Source: Acidobacteriota bacterium (GTDB lineage Bacteria > Acidobacteriota > UBA6911 > RPQK01 > CBDAPI01). From it: a stretch of 64,000 nt of DNA. Under the pieces are notes generated by a model. It was given only the letters and a program-made list of their open reading frames with translations. It had not been told where the DNA came from and did no database searches. How positions within the stretch are numbered: position 1 is the stretch's first letter; every line of letters starts with the position of its first letter. The position numbers and the translations under genes were made by a program. Shown one piece after another: positions 28,152-37,578 of the stretch. The stretch spans positions 835,843-899,842 of the forward strand of contig CBDCBX010000021.1 in assembly GCA_965214465.1 (NCBI GenBank), written 5' to 3'.

Positions 28152-30266
28152 ATGGAAGAAACTCAAATCGGTCGCTACGTCATTTTGAAAGAGATTGGCC
28201 GTGGAGGCCAGAGTCGTGCCTATCTGGCCCGAGATCCCGCCATCGAACGCACGGTCGCGATCAAGCAGATCAGAGCGGTGACTGAGCTTCCAGAAGAGTC
28301 TCGTGCTGAGTTTGTCACCCGATTCCTTCAAGAGGCTCGAGTGGCCGGAACTCTCTCCCACCCGAATATTGTCTCCATCTACGACATGGGAGAAGGCGAA
28401 GCCGGACCCTACATCGTGATGGAGTTCGTCGACGGAGACACCCTCGACGGGATCATCGATCGATCAGATCGGACCGACCTACAGGCTGTCATCCCCATTT
28501 TCCTGCAGATCTGCAGCGGACTGAGTTTCGCCCATCAGCACGGAGTTGTGCATCGTGATGTGAAGCCTGCCAATATCATGCTGACCAGCGGCGGACTCGT
28601 GAAACTGGTCGACTTCGGGATCGCGCGAGTGGCCTCCACCAACCTGACTCAAACAGGCACGCTGCTGGGGACTCCCAGCTATATGTCACCCGAGCAGATT
28701 CAGGGTGAGAAGGTGGACCAGCGAGCTGACATCTTTTCCCTTGGAATCGTGCTCTATGAGGTGCTCACGGGCCGACTTCCCTTCGAGGGCGAGAATCCCA
28801 CGACTATGATCTTTCGGATTGTGAATGATCCCCACTCACCGCTGGCAGAAATCGACGCTTCACTGGCCGGCGATTTTGGGCCCATCATCGACCGGTGTCT
28901 GGAAAAGTCAGCTGCTGATCGCTACCAGGACTGCCGCGAGTTGGCCGAGGATCTGAGCCGCCTGCTTCCCGACAACGGGGCTGGTGGGGACTTGTTCGAC
29001 AAGACCATGGGAACGGCTGCAGCTATCTCCAGAACCCGGTCGGCGGCGTCTTCCGAAACGGATTCGACAGCCACCTGGGTGGGCTCCGAGGAAACCCTGC
29101 TGGCAGAAACGGCCGGGGCAGGTGCTGAGGGTGAGACCGGATGGAGCCTTCCGGTCAGCCGCAAGACCCTGGGCATCCTTGGGGGAGCAGCTGCAGCTGT
29201 CTTGATACTGCTAGCTCTTCTGGTCGCTGCCATGCTTGGCCCGGAGGATCCGGAAGGCCCGATGATGGCTGGCTCCGAGACTGAGTCAGGCGAAACCGGT
29301 TCTTCGCCGCAGGAGTTTCTTCGCCAGGCCCGGGCCGCGCTGGACGCTGGAAAACTGGTCGGTGAGGCGCAGGATGACGCCCTGTATCTGGCTGAGAACG
29401 CACTGTCACTGGGCGAGACGACAGCCCAGGAGGTCATCGATCAGGTTCAAGACCGCCTTCGTAAAATGACTCTGCGGGAGGCCCGGAATGCGACTCCTCA
29501 AGCTGCAGTAACCGCTTATGAGGGTTTCCTGATCCACTTTCCAGACGATGAGCAGATCAACACTCTCAAGCAACAGATGCAGGGCCGAATCGCACAGGCG
29601 AATCAACTCAGGCGGGTTGAGGACTTGGCCGTCCGCGGTCAATCGGCTCTGGCCGACGGCAACTTTGAAGAAGCCGAACGTCATTTCGAGAGGATTCTGA
29701 GAGCCGCTCCCAATGACTCTTATGCATCCCAGATGCCGGGAAAGACGCACGGCGCAAAAGGGGATCTGGCTGAAGCACAACGCTACCTGGAACGGGCAGC
29801 TTCACTCTCACCGCTCGACGCGACTGTGCAGATGGATCTGGCCGAGGTGCTGGAGCGCCTTGGCGATTATGAAGCCGCGGCAGCAGCCATCCACCGGGCG
29901 ATCGGACTAGGGGCCGCCAATGCGGCGGGATCCGGGATTCGCGAAGCTCGGCTGGTAAAACTCAGAGTCAGGGAAGAATTGAGCTCGCTCCTTCCCATCC
30001 AGGCAGACAGCAAGCACAGCCATTTTCTGATGCGGTCCTGCAAGGGAAGACTCGAGGTGACTACTGATTCCATCGAGTACGTGCCGGATCGGAATCAGGG
30101 GCACGCTTTCCAGTTCCAACTGGAAGACCTGCAATCCTTCAAAGTGGAGAAAGGGACTCTGGCCATCTCCGGACCAGACGGGAAAAAGTACGATTTCAAT
30201 GAGCTTGCTGAGGAGGTGTCTCAGACTCTAGCCAAGCTTCAGCAGTTGATGGATGCAGCCGAGTAG
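28152..30266 (+). CDS. Ser/Thr protein kinase with TM segment and C-terminal TPR-like region
   Basis: Hanks kinase subdomains are present (GRGGQSRAY, AIK, HRDVKPANIM, DFGIA, GTPSYMSPE), followed by a TM helix and repeats. Confidence 0.9.
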   Translation: MEETQIGRYVILKEIGRGGQSRAYLARDPAIERTVAIKQIRAVTELPEESRAEFVTRFLQEARVAGTLSHPNIVSIYDMGEGEAGPYIVMEFVDGDTLDGIIDRSDRTDLQAVIPIFLQICSGLSFAHQHGVVHRDVKPANIMLTSGGLVKLVDFGIARVASTNLTQTGTLLGTPSYMSPEQIQGEKVDQRADIFSLGIVLYEVLTGRLPFEGENPTTMIFRIVNDPHSPLAEIDASLAGDFGPIIDRCLEKSAADRYQDCRELAEDLSRLLPDNGAGGDLFDKTMGTAAAISRTRSAASSETDSTATWVGSEETLLAETAGAGAEGETGWSLPVSRKTLGILGGAAAAVLILLALLVAAMLGPEDPEGPMMAGSETESGETGSSPQEFLRQARAALDAGKLVGEAQDDALYLAENALSLGETTAQEVIDQVQDRLRKMTLREARNATPQAAVTAYEGFLIHFPDDEQINTLKQQMQGRIAQANQLRRVEDLAVRGQSALADGNFEEAERHFERILRAAPNDSYASQMPGKTHGAKGDLAEAQRYLERAASLSPLDATVQMDLAEVLERLGDYEAAAAAIHRAIGLGAANAAGSGIREARLVKLRVREELSSLLPIQADSKHSHFLMRSCKGRLEVTTDSIEYVPDRNQGHAFQFQLEDLQSFKVEKGTLAISGPDGKKYDFNELAEEVSQTLAKLQQLMDAAE

Positions 30267-30370
30267 CTGCTCTTTCCTCGTTGGACTCTTGTCTTGCAAG
30301 TCGATCGGGACCAACAACTCGCTCAATGGCGATAAGGATCCGTGCTGAAAATTCCTTCCTCCATGCCCAT

Positions 30371-31183
30371 TCATCGGCCCCTCCTATTAAATTCAAGTTC
30401 TGTATACTTAACGCGCTGGACACCTTCAAGATTTACTACGTCAGCATAAAACACCCTGACGCTAACATCTCTCCCGAGCTGCCGTGAAACGGTTCGGCCG
30501 GATTTTTGAAGATGATCAAGTTGAAGTTCACGTACTGATCTGTGAGAGAATCTGCGACTAACTGTCTGGACAATATTTGTCCTTCCGGCTCTGTAACCTC
30601 CACAATCCTCGTGTCCTATGCAGATAACCGTTTTAACTTCGGTGAGTTCAATTGCTTTTTTAAGCAACAGTTGCATACCCTTATGCAAAAAACCAGAGAC
30701 GGCGACGAGTGCTGTAAATACCGCCAGGCCACTTGGAATCTGAATGAAGTGTGGCTGACTAAAGCCAAGGGTCTGAACAAAATTTTCATTCTGCTTCTCA
30801 AACCGCGGATCTGAGCAGCAGATAACAACACAGTCTGCCGAAGTATTTTCCCAGTTAACAGAGCTTACAAAACCTTTTCTCCCAAGTTCTTCTTCTGAAA
30901 TTCTCCCAGTAAGTCGAACAGATTGCTCCTCCGACTCCTTTACTTCAGAAGAGTCATCTTCATCAGTCATTGGGGCTTCCATTTCTTCGAGTACTTCTTC
31001 TTCGAGTACTTCTTCTTCGAGACCTTGAACATCGACGAGAGCACCCTTTAGAGATGGGTCCCCGGGTTCTTCTGGGTGTGTATTGTCATCTAACCCCATC
31101 GTTATTTCTCCTTTTGCTGTTGTAATTGAAGGATCAGGAAGCGTCATCCATATCGCCCTGATGAGATGATTCTTCCGTATCAC
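30371..31183 (-). CDS. beta-carbonic-anhydrase-like Cys/His/Cys protein with acidic repeat-containing N-terminus (paralogue of 33624..34271)
   Basis: CSDPRF ... ICIGHEDCGGY resembles the beta-CA zinc-site motifs (CSDSR / HxxCGG). A 15-bp tandem DNA repeat encodes LEEEVLEEEVLEE. The gene sits in a low-GC island. Confidence 0.45.
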   Translation of the reverse strand: MIRKNHLIRAIWMTLPDPSITTAKGEITMGLDDNTHPEEPGDPSLKGALVDVQGLEEEVLEEEVLEEMEAPMTDEDDSSEVKESEEQSVRLTGRISEEELGRKGFVSSVNWENTSADCVVICCSDPRFEKQNENFVQTLGFSQPHFIQIPSGLAVFTALVAVSGFLHKGMQLLLKKAIELTEVKTVICIGHEDCGGYRAGRTNIVQTVSRRFSHRSVRELQLDHLQKSGRTVSRQLGRDVSVRVFYADVVNLEGVQRVKYTELEFNRRGR

Positions 31184-32924
31184 TCACCATAGACATAAGA
31201 CCTGTTGCATCCAGACCCAAAAAATTCAAGGCCTTGCTAGGGTCAAGTCCTAGCGGCTTCAACGAAGCCAGCAGTTGAACCAGGGCCTGGGGCGCCACTC
31301 CCGTGATTTTTGAAAGTGGGCTGTTGGCGTTTTCGCCACCATTACCCAGATCGAGGATCTGGATTCTGTCAACGGCTGCCAACCCTTGACCAATAGGCTC
31401 CATAGCAGAGCCAAGAGCACTCTCAGCGGCTTGGCCAGCCTTTTCGATGATCTGCGGCAGCAACTCGAGCGTCAGAACACGAAGAGCCTCCGCTGACATT
31501 TGCGCCATGGCCTCTTTCTTCCTGAGAAAGCCTTCTGCCTCAGCCAGAAGTTTGGCCTCAACGGCTCGGCCTTCGGCAAGTCCCTTTGCAGAAATAGCCG
31601 CACCATCGGCATCACCCTGAGCTTTTGTACCATCTGCTGCTGCCAGAAACTGAGCACGCTCACCGTTGGCTCTGGCTTCCATCTCAGCCTGGTCCGCCTC
31701 GGCGGCGGCCTTACGACCTTCCGCTTTTGCTGTCAAGAAAGCTTGCTCACCTTGCCCCTTCTTTTCCTGCTCCACACGAAATGCCTCACCGCGCATGACA
31801 GCTGCTTCCTGATCAGCAGAAGCCTTAATCAGTGTGGCATCCTTCTGGCGTTCAGCAGTGACAATGACGCTAGCTTTAAGCTCGGCATCTTTGCGTGCAT
31901 GCTCTTTCAGTTGAAGTTTCGTTCTTGCCTCAACCTCGGCCTCCTTAGCCGCGATTATGGCAATATTGAGCTTTCTTTCCTCTTCGGCCTTAGCGGTTTG
32001 AGCAGCAACCTCGATTCTGGCTTGCTCGGACTGAACCCTGGCTGCGTTCTGAGCGACGACCGTATCTCTCTGTCGATTGGCGTCAGAAATTGCTCTTTCG
32101 GCTTCCGCTTCTGCTGTCTCAGCTTGCTGTTTGGCCAGTGCCGCCGCGGTGCGGGCCTCACGATCAGCCAAAGCAGTTCGGACAGTAGCATCCCTGTCCG
32201 CTTCAGCCTCACCGATAGCCGCATCGCGCTTCACCTCAGCCGTGGCTTTTTTACCAAGAGCGTCAATGTAGCCGTGATTGTCGGCGATCTTCTGGATAAC
32301 GAAGATATCGACCTCAAGTCCTAGCTTGTTCAGCTCGTCCTTGGCAACATTGAGTACCGAACCGGCGATTTTTTCCCGCTCCTTGATGATCTCCTCGATC
32401 TTGAGCGTGCCCACAATCATTCTCAGCTGACCTTCAAGAGTTGATCTGCTAATCTGTATCAACCGGCTCAGATCGTTACCCACTTCAAGCAGCCTCTCGA
32501 CGGCATTTGCAAGCAGCCTGGGATCGGAACTGATTTTGAGATTAGCCAGCGCATCTACAGTCACAGGTACGCCATCGATGTTTGGCGAATCAGTGATCTG
32601 AAACTCAACCTGAAAGGTGTCCAGGCTAATCCGCTCGTATGATTCAAAGATAGGCCACACGAATGTCGCTCCTCCGGTAATAAGACGATAACCCTTCTCC
32701 GATTTAGTGCCGTCGGGAAGGGTTATCGTCTTCTTTTTACCGAAGACGACAAGGACTTCGTTTGGCGCGCACTTGACATAGTTGCGTGCAAAGGTAATCA
32801 AGACACTAAGCACCGTGACGGCAAGCCCGACAATCACTACCGGAATCAATAATCCTGCTAGATCCATTCTTTTCTCCTTTTTGAATTGGATTGGCTGTTT
32901 TAGTTTCGATGTAACCGTGGTCAC
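31134..32924 (-). CDS. flotillin-like SPFH-domain protein (YqiK/FloT type)
   Basis: It has an N-terminal TM helix, an SPFH/band-7 domain and a long Ala/Glu-rich coiled coil (EAEAERAISDANRQRD...). Confidence 0.9.
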   Translation of the reverse strand: MTTVTSKLKQPIQFKKEKRMDLAGLLIPVVIVGLAVTVLSVLITFARNYVKCAPNEVLVVFGKKKTITLPDGTKSEKGYRLITGGATFVWPIFESYERISLDTFQVEFQITDSPNIDGVPVTVDALANLKISSDPRLLANAVERLLEVGNDLSRLIQISRSTLEGQLRMIVGTLKIEEIIKEREKIAGSVLNVAKDELNKLGLEVDIFVIQKIADNHGYIDALGKKATAEVKRDAAIGEAEADRDATVRTALADREARTAAALAKQQAETAEAEAERAISDANRQRDTVVAQNAARVQSEQARIEVAAQTAKAEEERKLNIAIIAAKEAEVEARTKLQLKEHARKDAELKASVIVTAERQKDATLIKASADQEAAVMRGEAFRVEQEKKGQGEQAFLTAKAEGRKAAAEADQAEMEARANGERAQFLAAADGTKAQGDADGAAISAKGLAEGRAVEAKLLAEAEGFLRKKEAMAQMSAEALRVLTLELLPQIIEKAGQAAESALGSAMEPIGQGLAAVDRIQILDLGNGGENANSPLSKITGVAPQALVQLLASLKPLGLDPSKALNFLGLDATGLMSMVSDTEESSHQGDMDDAS

Positions 32925-32984
32925 TCCACTCGTGGGAGTCCGTGTTCCTAAACAGATTAAGATCTGAAAACTGTCAGACCTGGT

Positions 32985-33602
32985 TCACTTATCTACTTTC
33001 TCCACAGCAACTCTGTCACCGAGGTAATCAACTACTCGGACAGGAGTGCCCGACTTCAAAGAGATGTTGCCAATTGTAACCGCAGTTCTTGTAACAATAC
33101 GTCCAGCCACTGATAAATCAACTTCTCCTATTCCTTCCTCAGGAATAGATATCTTCACAGTTCCTCTGGCTCCATTGTAATCAGATACCTGAATCATGGA
33201 ACTAGCTTGTTGCTTTAGAAACACCTTGTACAACAACAAACAGACGACTGCAAACGGTGTCCCACCAGCTAATCCAGCAAGAGATGAGACGAATACTTTT
33301 TCTGTGAAGTACATTACAACGAATGCAAATCCGCCAAATCCAGTCAATAGAAACGAAATACCTCTTATGGACAGTAATCCGGGACCATGACCATCTCCGC
33401 CAGCGTCATGATCTCCATCAAAGTCACCATGATCGGCTCCAACATCTGCCTGTAAATCACCGTCGAAGTCGCCATGTTCTGCATCACCTCCAAATATCAG
33501 GCCGAAAAGTGTAAACACCATTCCTGCCGCAAAAAGCGAAAAGAAAATTAACGACTCCATCGAATTACCAAACATCGCTATGATCCATGCGCCAATATTC
33601 AT
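32985..33602 (-). CDS. NfeD-like (YqiJ-type) membrane protein, flotillin partner
   Basis: It has a TM N-terminus, a His/Asp-rich linker (GDAEHGDFDGDLQADVGADHGDFDGDHD) and a C-terminal OB-fold-like region. It lies directly upstream of flotillin. Confidence 0.75.
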   Translation of the reverse strand: MNIGAWIIAMFGNSMESLIFFSLFAAGMVFTLFGLIFGGDAEHGDFDGDLQADVGADHGDFDGDHDAGGDGHGPGLLSIRGISFLLTGFGGFAFVVMYFTEKVFVSSLAGLAGGTPFAVVCLLLYKVFLKQQASSMIQVSDYNGARGTVKISIPEEGIGEVDLSVAGRIVTRTAVTIGNISLKSGTPVRVVDYLGDRVAVEKVDK

Positions 33603-33623
33603 GATGTGTTTCTCCTTTTGGCT

Positions 33624-34271
33624 TTACCGACCAGGGTCTGTATCACTCCGTTCAGATAAACCGATTATTTCCTGAGGAAGCTTTCCCGATATACGATAGA
33701 AAGTAAGTTCTTCACCTTTCATCTCTGCATAGTAAAGATAAACTTCGCTATCAGGAAACCACTCTCTAATGACATTGCGAGCCATTACCAGGTGCTTATG
33801 TTGCACCATTTGTACCTCCTCAAGATTATCGCGCCAGGCGGAGATTGTGTCGTAAAGCAGACAATCACTATGGGCAACAAGAACAACCTTCTCAGGAGCG
33901 TGCCTTCTTAAATACTCAACAGCAGCATTTTTAGCCGGAATAAGATTATCTGGAAGCAATTCATCAGCAAGAGCCACGACCATAGGTCCACCGGGGACCT
34001 TGAGCGGCGGGTAACTGTCATCAATTTCAAGAGTTTTCTTGAAGGCTTCGAAGGCCTCCTGAAACTTCTCCTCGTCGCAGTGTAGAATTAGATCATATCT
34101 GTCTTGCTCCCTGAGTCTTACGACAAAATTGCCATGTTCGTCTGCACCAAGAACATCGGTGCGAATAGGCTCTCGAGCCTCCTCGAGTTCCCATGCCAAC
34201 CAGATCAGGCAACCAAATATTAGAATCGAAGCCACACAAATAACGACGTATCTCATATTCGGGCTGAACAT
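33624..34271 (-). CDS. membrane-anchored beta-carbonic-anhydrase-like Cys/His/Cys protein (divergent paralogue of 30371..31183)
   Basis: It has an N-terminal TM helix. HCDEEKF ... VVLVAHSDC aligns with CSDPRF ... ICIGHEDC of the paralogue. Confidence 0.4.
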   Translation of the reverse strand: MFSPNMRYVVICVASILIFGCLIWLAWELEEAREPIRTDVLGADEHGNFVVRLREQDRYDLILHCDEEKFQEAFEAFKKTLEIDDSYPPLKVPGGPMVVALADELLPDNLIPAKNAAVEYLRRHAPEKVVLVAHSDCLLYDTISAWRDNLEEVQMVQHKHLVMARNVIREWFPDSEVYLYYAEMKGEELTFYRISGKLPQEIIGLSERSDTDPGR

Positions 34272-34473
34272 CAGGTTGCTCCTCTTTTTTAAACTACGAC
34301 TTTAATCGTATCAATATTCCTTTTCTGGGAGATGTTGTGACGCTGGTCGAGTAGATCAGCCATTCCTTTCGCACCACTTGTTTTCATTGGTTTAGCACGG
34401 TGTGGCTTGATTCCGGTTGTGAACTTCTCGTCTTGTTCTTGCTGCGAGTCTTGCTGCCTGGGCCAAAGCTACA

Positions 34474-34623
34474 ATGGCCGGAGATCAACCGGGTAGAGTG
34501 GTCTGCTATTTTCCGCGCACAGACCCGATCAGGCTCGAGGACAAGGAAGTGGAGTTTCAGCTCGAGTGGGGCCGCGTGAAGATCAAGAGCAAATTCAAGC
34601 TCAAGAAAATGGTCTACGACTGA
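34474..34623 (+). CDS. small hypothetical protein (49 aa)
   Basis: The ORF MAGDQPGRVVCYFPRTDPIRLEDKEVEFQLEWGRVKIKSKFKLKKMVYD is below the ORF-track cutoff. It has protein-like composition and lies in the low-GC island. Confidence 0.2.
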   Translation: MAGDQPGRVVCYFPRTDPIRLEDKEVEFQLEWGRVKIKSKFKLKKMVYD

Positions 34624-34752
34624 AAGCTGGAGCTGTAGCCAGCAATGAGGCCAGGCTGGACCACCACACCAGCTCCTAAGTGTGAAGAAGAACTGTCCAG
34701 ACGAATGACTGTATGACGTCATCTACAGGCTTCTTCTATAACATTCTTGAGG

Positions 34753-34783
34753 TAACACAGAATATGCTGGTCAGCATCGTATC
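34753..34783. promoter_or_regulatory. 31-bp palindromic motif, copy 1 (copy 2 at 37229-37259)
   Basis: AACACAGAATATGCTGGTCAGCATCGTATCC is compared with AACACTGAATATGCTGGTCAGTATAGTATTC (27/31 identical). The core ATGCTG-GT-CAGCAT is an inverted repeat. Copy 2 sits 20 bp upstream of the start codon of the 36472..37209 gene. Confidence 0.5.
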
Positions 34784-34793
34784 CCGGCTGTTT

Positions 34794-36197
34794 TCAGCTT
34801 GACTTCGTTCCTTCGACAAGGATTGCCATCTCTACAACCGCCGCACCAATGGAATCACCAAAGACATTTGCTGCTGTTCGGAACCTGTCAAGCAGCCAGT
34901 CCACGGAAAGGATCAACCCCACATACTCTATCGGCAGTCCGACCGCGTTCAAGACGATCAACATCGTAACTAAACCGGCTTCTGGAATTCCCGCTGCACC
35001 AATAGCGGCCAAGGTCGCTGTAACAGCGATGATTACCTGTTGCGCGAGTGTGAGATGAAAACCGATTGCCTGGGCAATGAAGATCGCGGCGGCAGCTTCA
35101 TACAACGCCGTGCCGTCCATGTTAATCGTCGCACCCAATGGCAAAACAAAATCCGTTGATTTTTTCGACACCCCAGCTTTCTGTGCCGTCTCCATCGTCA
35201 CCGGCAACGTAGCGGACGAACTCGCCGTCGAGAACGCCGTCAAAAGAGCCTGGGACATTTGATACATGAACTTGTAGGGATTCTTCTTAGTGAACATCCA
35301 GTAGATGGCTGGGAGTGTCACGAGCACGTGGAACCCTAAGCCAGCAAGCACCGTTGCGAAATACCAACCGACTTGCGACAACTCTTGCACAAACCTGCCT
35401 TCGGCCCTTGCTTCACCAAAGCGTGCCGTCACCAAACAGAAAATACCAATGGGTGCCAACTTCATCAGGAGCATGATGAAGTTCATGAGGGCGGTATTGG
35501 CTTGTGTGACCAGATCGTTGATCAACCCCACCTTTTGGCCCAGTGTCGTGAGCATTCCCGCAAAGATGATGGAGAACACGATCAGCGGGAGCAGATTGGT
35601 CTCGGACGCACTGACGAAGAGATTGTCCGTCACCAGCATCAAGACAAGATTCTCCAGGATCTTCGCTACACTTGGCGTTTCCGGTTCACCGCTGGGAAGT
35701 TCCTTGAAAACACTGCCGACTTCATCCTCGGTCATGCCCGTCACGTCGGACAGCTTTTTCAGCATTCGCGACTTGGGAGAATTTGCACTGTTTCCTCCCT
35801 GAAACTTCTCAAGAGTAGCCTTATCTACCGTCCCTTCACCCGGTCTGATTACATTAACGACCACCAGGCCCACAACCACAGCGAGGATAGTTGTTGAGAC
35901 GTAGTATAAAATGGCAGCTGCACCGGGCTTCCCCAATTTGCGAACGTCTCCGAGGCCCAAGATGCCGCTCATCACGCTGGTCATCACCAGCGGAACCACC
36001 ATCATTTTGAGACACCGCAGGAAAACTTCACCACCGACACGGAATTTTGTCGCCAAGAGCGGGGCGACCAAAGCTAGTGCAATAGCCGCGGCAATTGCGA
36101 TGCAAATGTAGAGTGTGAGATGACTCTTCTTTTCGTTCATAGAATTTTCTCGGTGGAAAGCTCGCCATTCATCACGACAAACGCGGTTAGAACCCAA
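34794..36197 (-). CDS. dicarboxylate/amino-acid:cation symporter (DAACS / GltP-DctA family)
   Basis: It has 8 TM helices plus re-entrant loops and the family motifs (AAIGAAGIPEAGLVTM, NMDGTALY). The probable start is MNEKKSHL at ~36141. Confidence 0.85.
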   Translation of the reverse strand: MGSNRVCRDEWRAFHRENSMNEKKSHLTLYICIAIAAAIALALVAPLLATKFRVGGEVFLRCLKMMVVPLVMTSVMSGILGLGDVRKLGKPGAAAILYYVSTTILAVVVGLVVVNVIRPGEGTVDKATLEKFQGGNSANSPKSRMLKKLSDVTGMTEDEVGSVFKELPSGEPETPSVAKILENLVLMLVTDNLFVSASETNLLPLIVFSIIFAGMLTTLGQKVGLINDLVTQANTALMNFIMLLMKLAPIGIFCLVTARFGEARAEGRFVQELSQVGWYFATVLAGLGFHVLVTLPAIYWMFTKKNPYKFMYQMSQALLTAFSTASSSATLPVTMETAQKAGVSKKSTDFVLPLGATINMDGTALYEAAAAIFIAQAIGFHLTLAQQVIIAVTATLAAIGAAGIPEAGLVTMLIVLNAVGLPIEYVGLILSVDWLLDRFRTAANVFGDSIGAAVVEMAILVEGTKSS

Positions 36198-36471
36198 CGC
36201 CGCTGCTTGCCTTCAGTCATGTCAGTTCCCTTCTGAAGACGGAATTCGCTTCACTCAGCTAAAGACAGCCGCCTCGATTCATGTGGGAATCCTCCTTCTG
36301 TTCACAGGGGCACTCCTGTGCCCGGTAAACCGGGAACAACTTTTTGAGACCGGGTTTCAGTAGAGATTATGGGAAGAGGCCCGGGCAGTCAATCGGCCGC
36401 GCCTCACCCCGGAAATCACCGATCAAGAGCAGGAGCACTTTGTCAGTACAACGCTTGGCTCTGCGGCGGGG

Positions 36472-37209
36472 TCAGCCGTCCGAAGCAGCCGTCTGTTCGG
36501 CCGTTGCCTCCTGAGCTACCTGGACCTCGCACGCGCGCTCCTCGGTTGTTTCCTGCCAATGAGAAATCTCCCGCTTCCCTCTAGGAGATAATTCGTACAC
36601 GCCACGAGACACTCGGTCAAACCAGCCGTACACGTCTCTGTAAAGGATATCTCTGGCTTTCGGCTCCCGGAGAGTCTCGGCTATGCATGAAGCCTTTGTC
36701 GGTCCGTGCTTGTCGAGGAACCGGCCAATTGCCAATGCTCTCTGTCGGTAGGCGGTCATGATGCCCTTTCTCTTCTCTGTCCCGCCGAGGTTCGGATCGC
36801 CTACCCGTCTCATGAACTCACCAAGCAAACGCTCCTGGCGGCGCTTTGACTTGCGAGGCTTATACTCACCGGGATCGAGAAGCACTTCTACACTCCCGGT
36901 CTCCAGATCCGGATCGACCGCCACCAGACCCAAGCCAAGCATCCTGAGCAGCTTGATGATCTGCCTCCGTCGTCTGTTGAGAATTCCACATCGTCTAGGG
37001 ATGCCGATGTACACTTTCGGAGTCAGGGAGAGTCTTTCAACAGCCTGAAGGACCACGTTGAGATTGAAAGAGAGTTTGAGTTCAACGACGACTGGAACTT
37101 CCTCACCGCGCACTGCCAGGACATCACAGTCCTGCACCTCCCCCTTCACCTCATAATTCTGAGACTCCAGGAACCGTTTTAGGGGAAGGTAGAGATCCGA
37201 TTCCTTCAT
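36472..37209 (-). CDS. PD-(D/E)xK-nuclease-like N-domain protein with C-terminal winged-helix-like region
   Basis: QDCDVLAVRGEEVPVVVELKLS is a D...E-x-K nuclease-like core. The C-terminal region is basic and helical (GIMTAYRQRALAIGRFLDKHG). A palindromic motif lies upstream. Confidence 0.45.
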   Translation of the reverse strand: MKESDLYLPLKRFLESQNYEVKGEVQDCDVLAVRGEEVPVVVELKLSFNLNVVLQAVERLSLTPKVYIGIPRRCGILNRRRRQIIKLLRMLGLGLVAVDPDLETGSVEVLLDPGEYKPRKSKRRQERLLGEFMRRVGDPNLGGTEKRKGIMTAYRQRALAIGRFLDKHGPTKASCIAETLREPKARDILYRDVYGWFDRVSRGVYELSPRGKREISHWQETTEERACEVQVAQEATAEQTAASDG

Positions 37210-37408
37210 GCCTATTCCTCATATGCCGAACACTGAATATGCTGGTCAGTATAGTATTCAGGTCGTACACATGGGACGCTGGAAGGCGCCCCATAATTAG
37301 CCTACTGGCAACGAGTTCCGCTGAACATGCCAGCTCGAAGCAGTACGCCGATACGGATCCGCTACCCCCAATTCAGATCAGATGATTATCACGGGGCCAG
37401 ATTGCACG

Positions 37409-37573
37409 CTAGTGTACTGTCCGGGAAGTTCGCGGCGTTAATTCGGGATGGATTTTCGTCGTCAGTGAGGCGCGCGACGCAGGCAGGCCGGGAGTCTTTC
37501 GAGGTAGCGCAACAAAGCTGTCGGCGAGAAGACGCCCGAAGTAGCGGCGTGAACTTTCCGGACAGTGCACTAG
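37409..37573. mobile_element. MITE-like element derived from IS481-family ends, flanked by CTAG
   Basis: CTAG-TGTACTGTCCGGGAAGTTCGCG ...120 bp... CGTGAACTTTCCGGACAGTGCA-CTAG. The inverted repeats are ~85% identical to the sequence abutting the IS481 tnp stop at 3139-3165. The flanking CTAG matches the NCTAGN target preference of IS481-family elements. Confidence 0.6.
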
Positions 37574-37578
37574 ATCGG

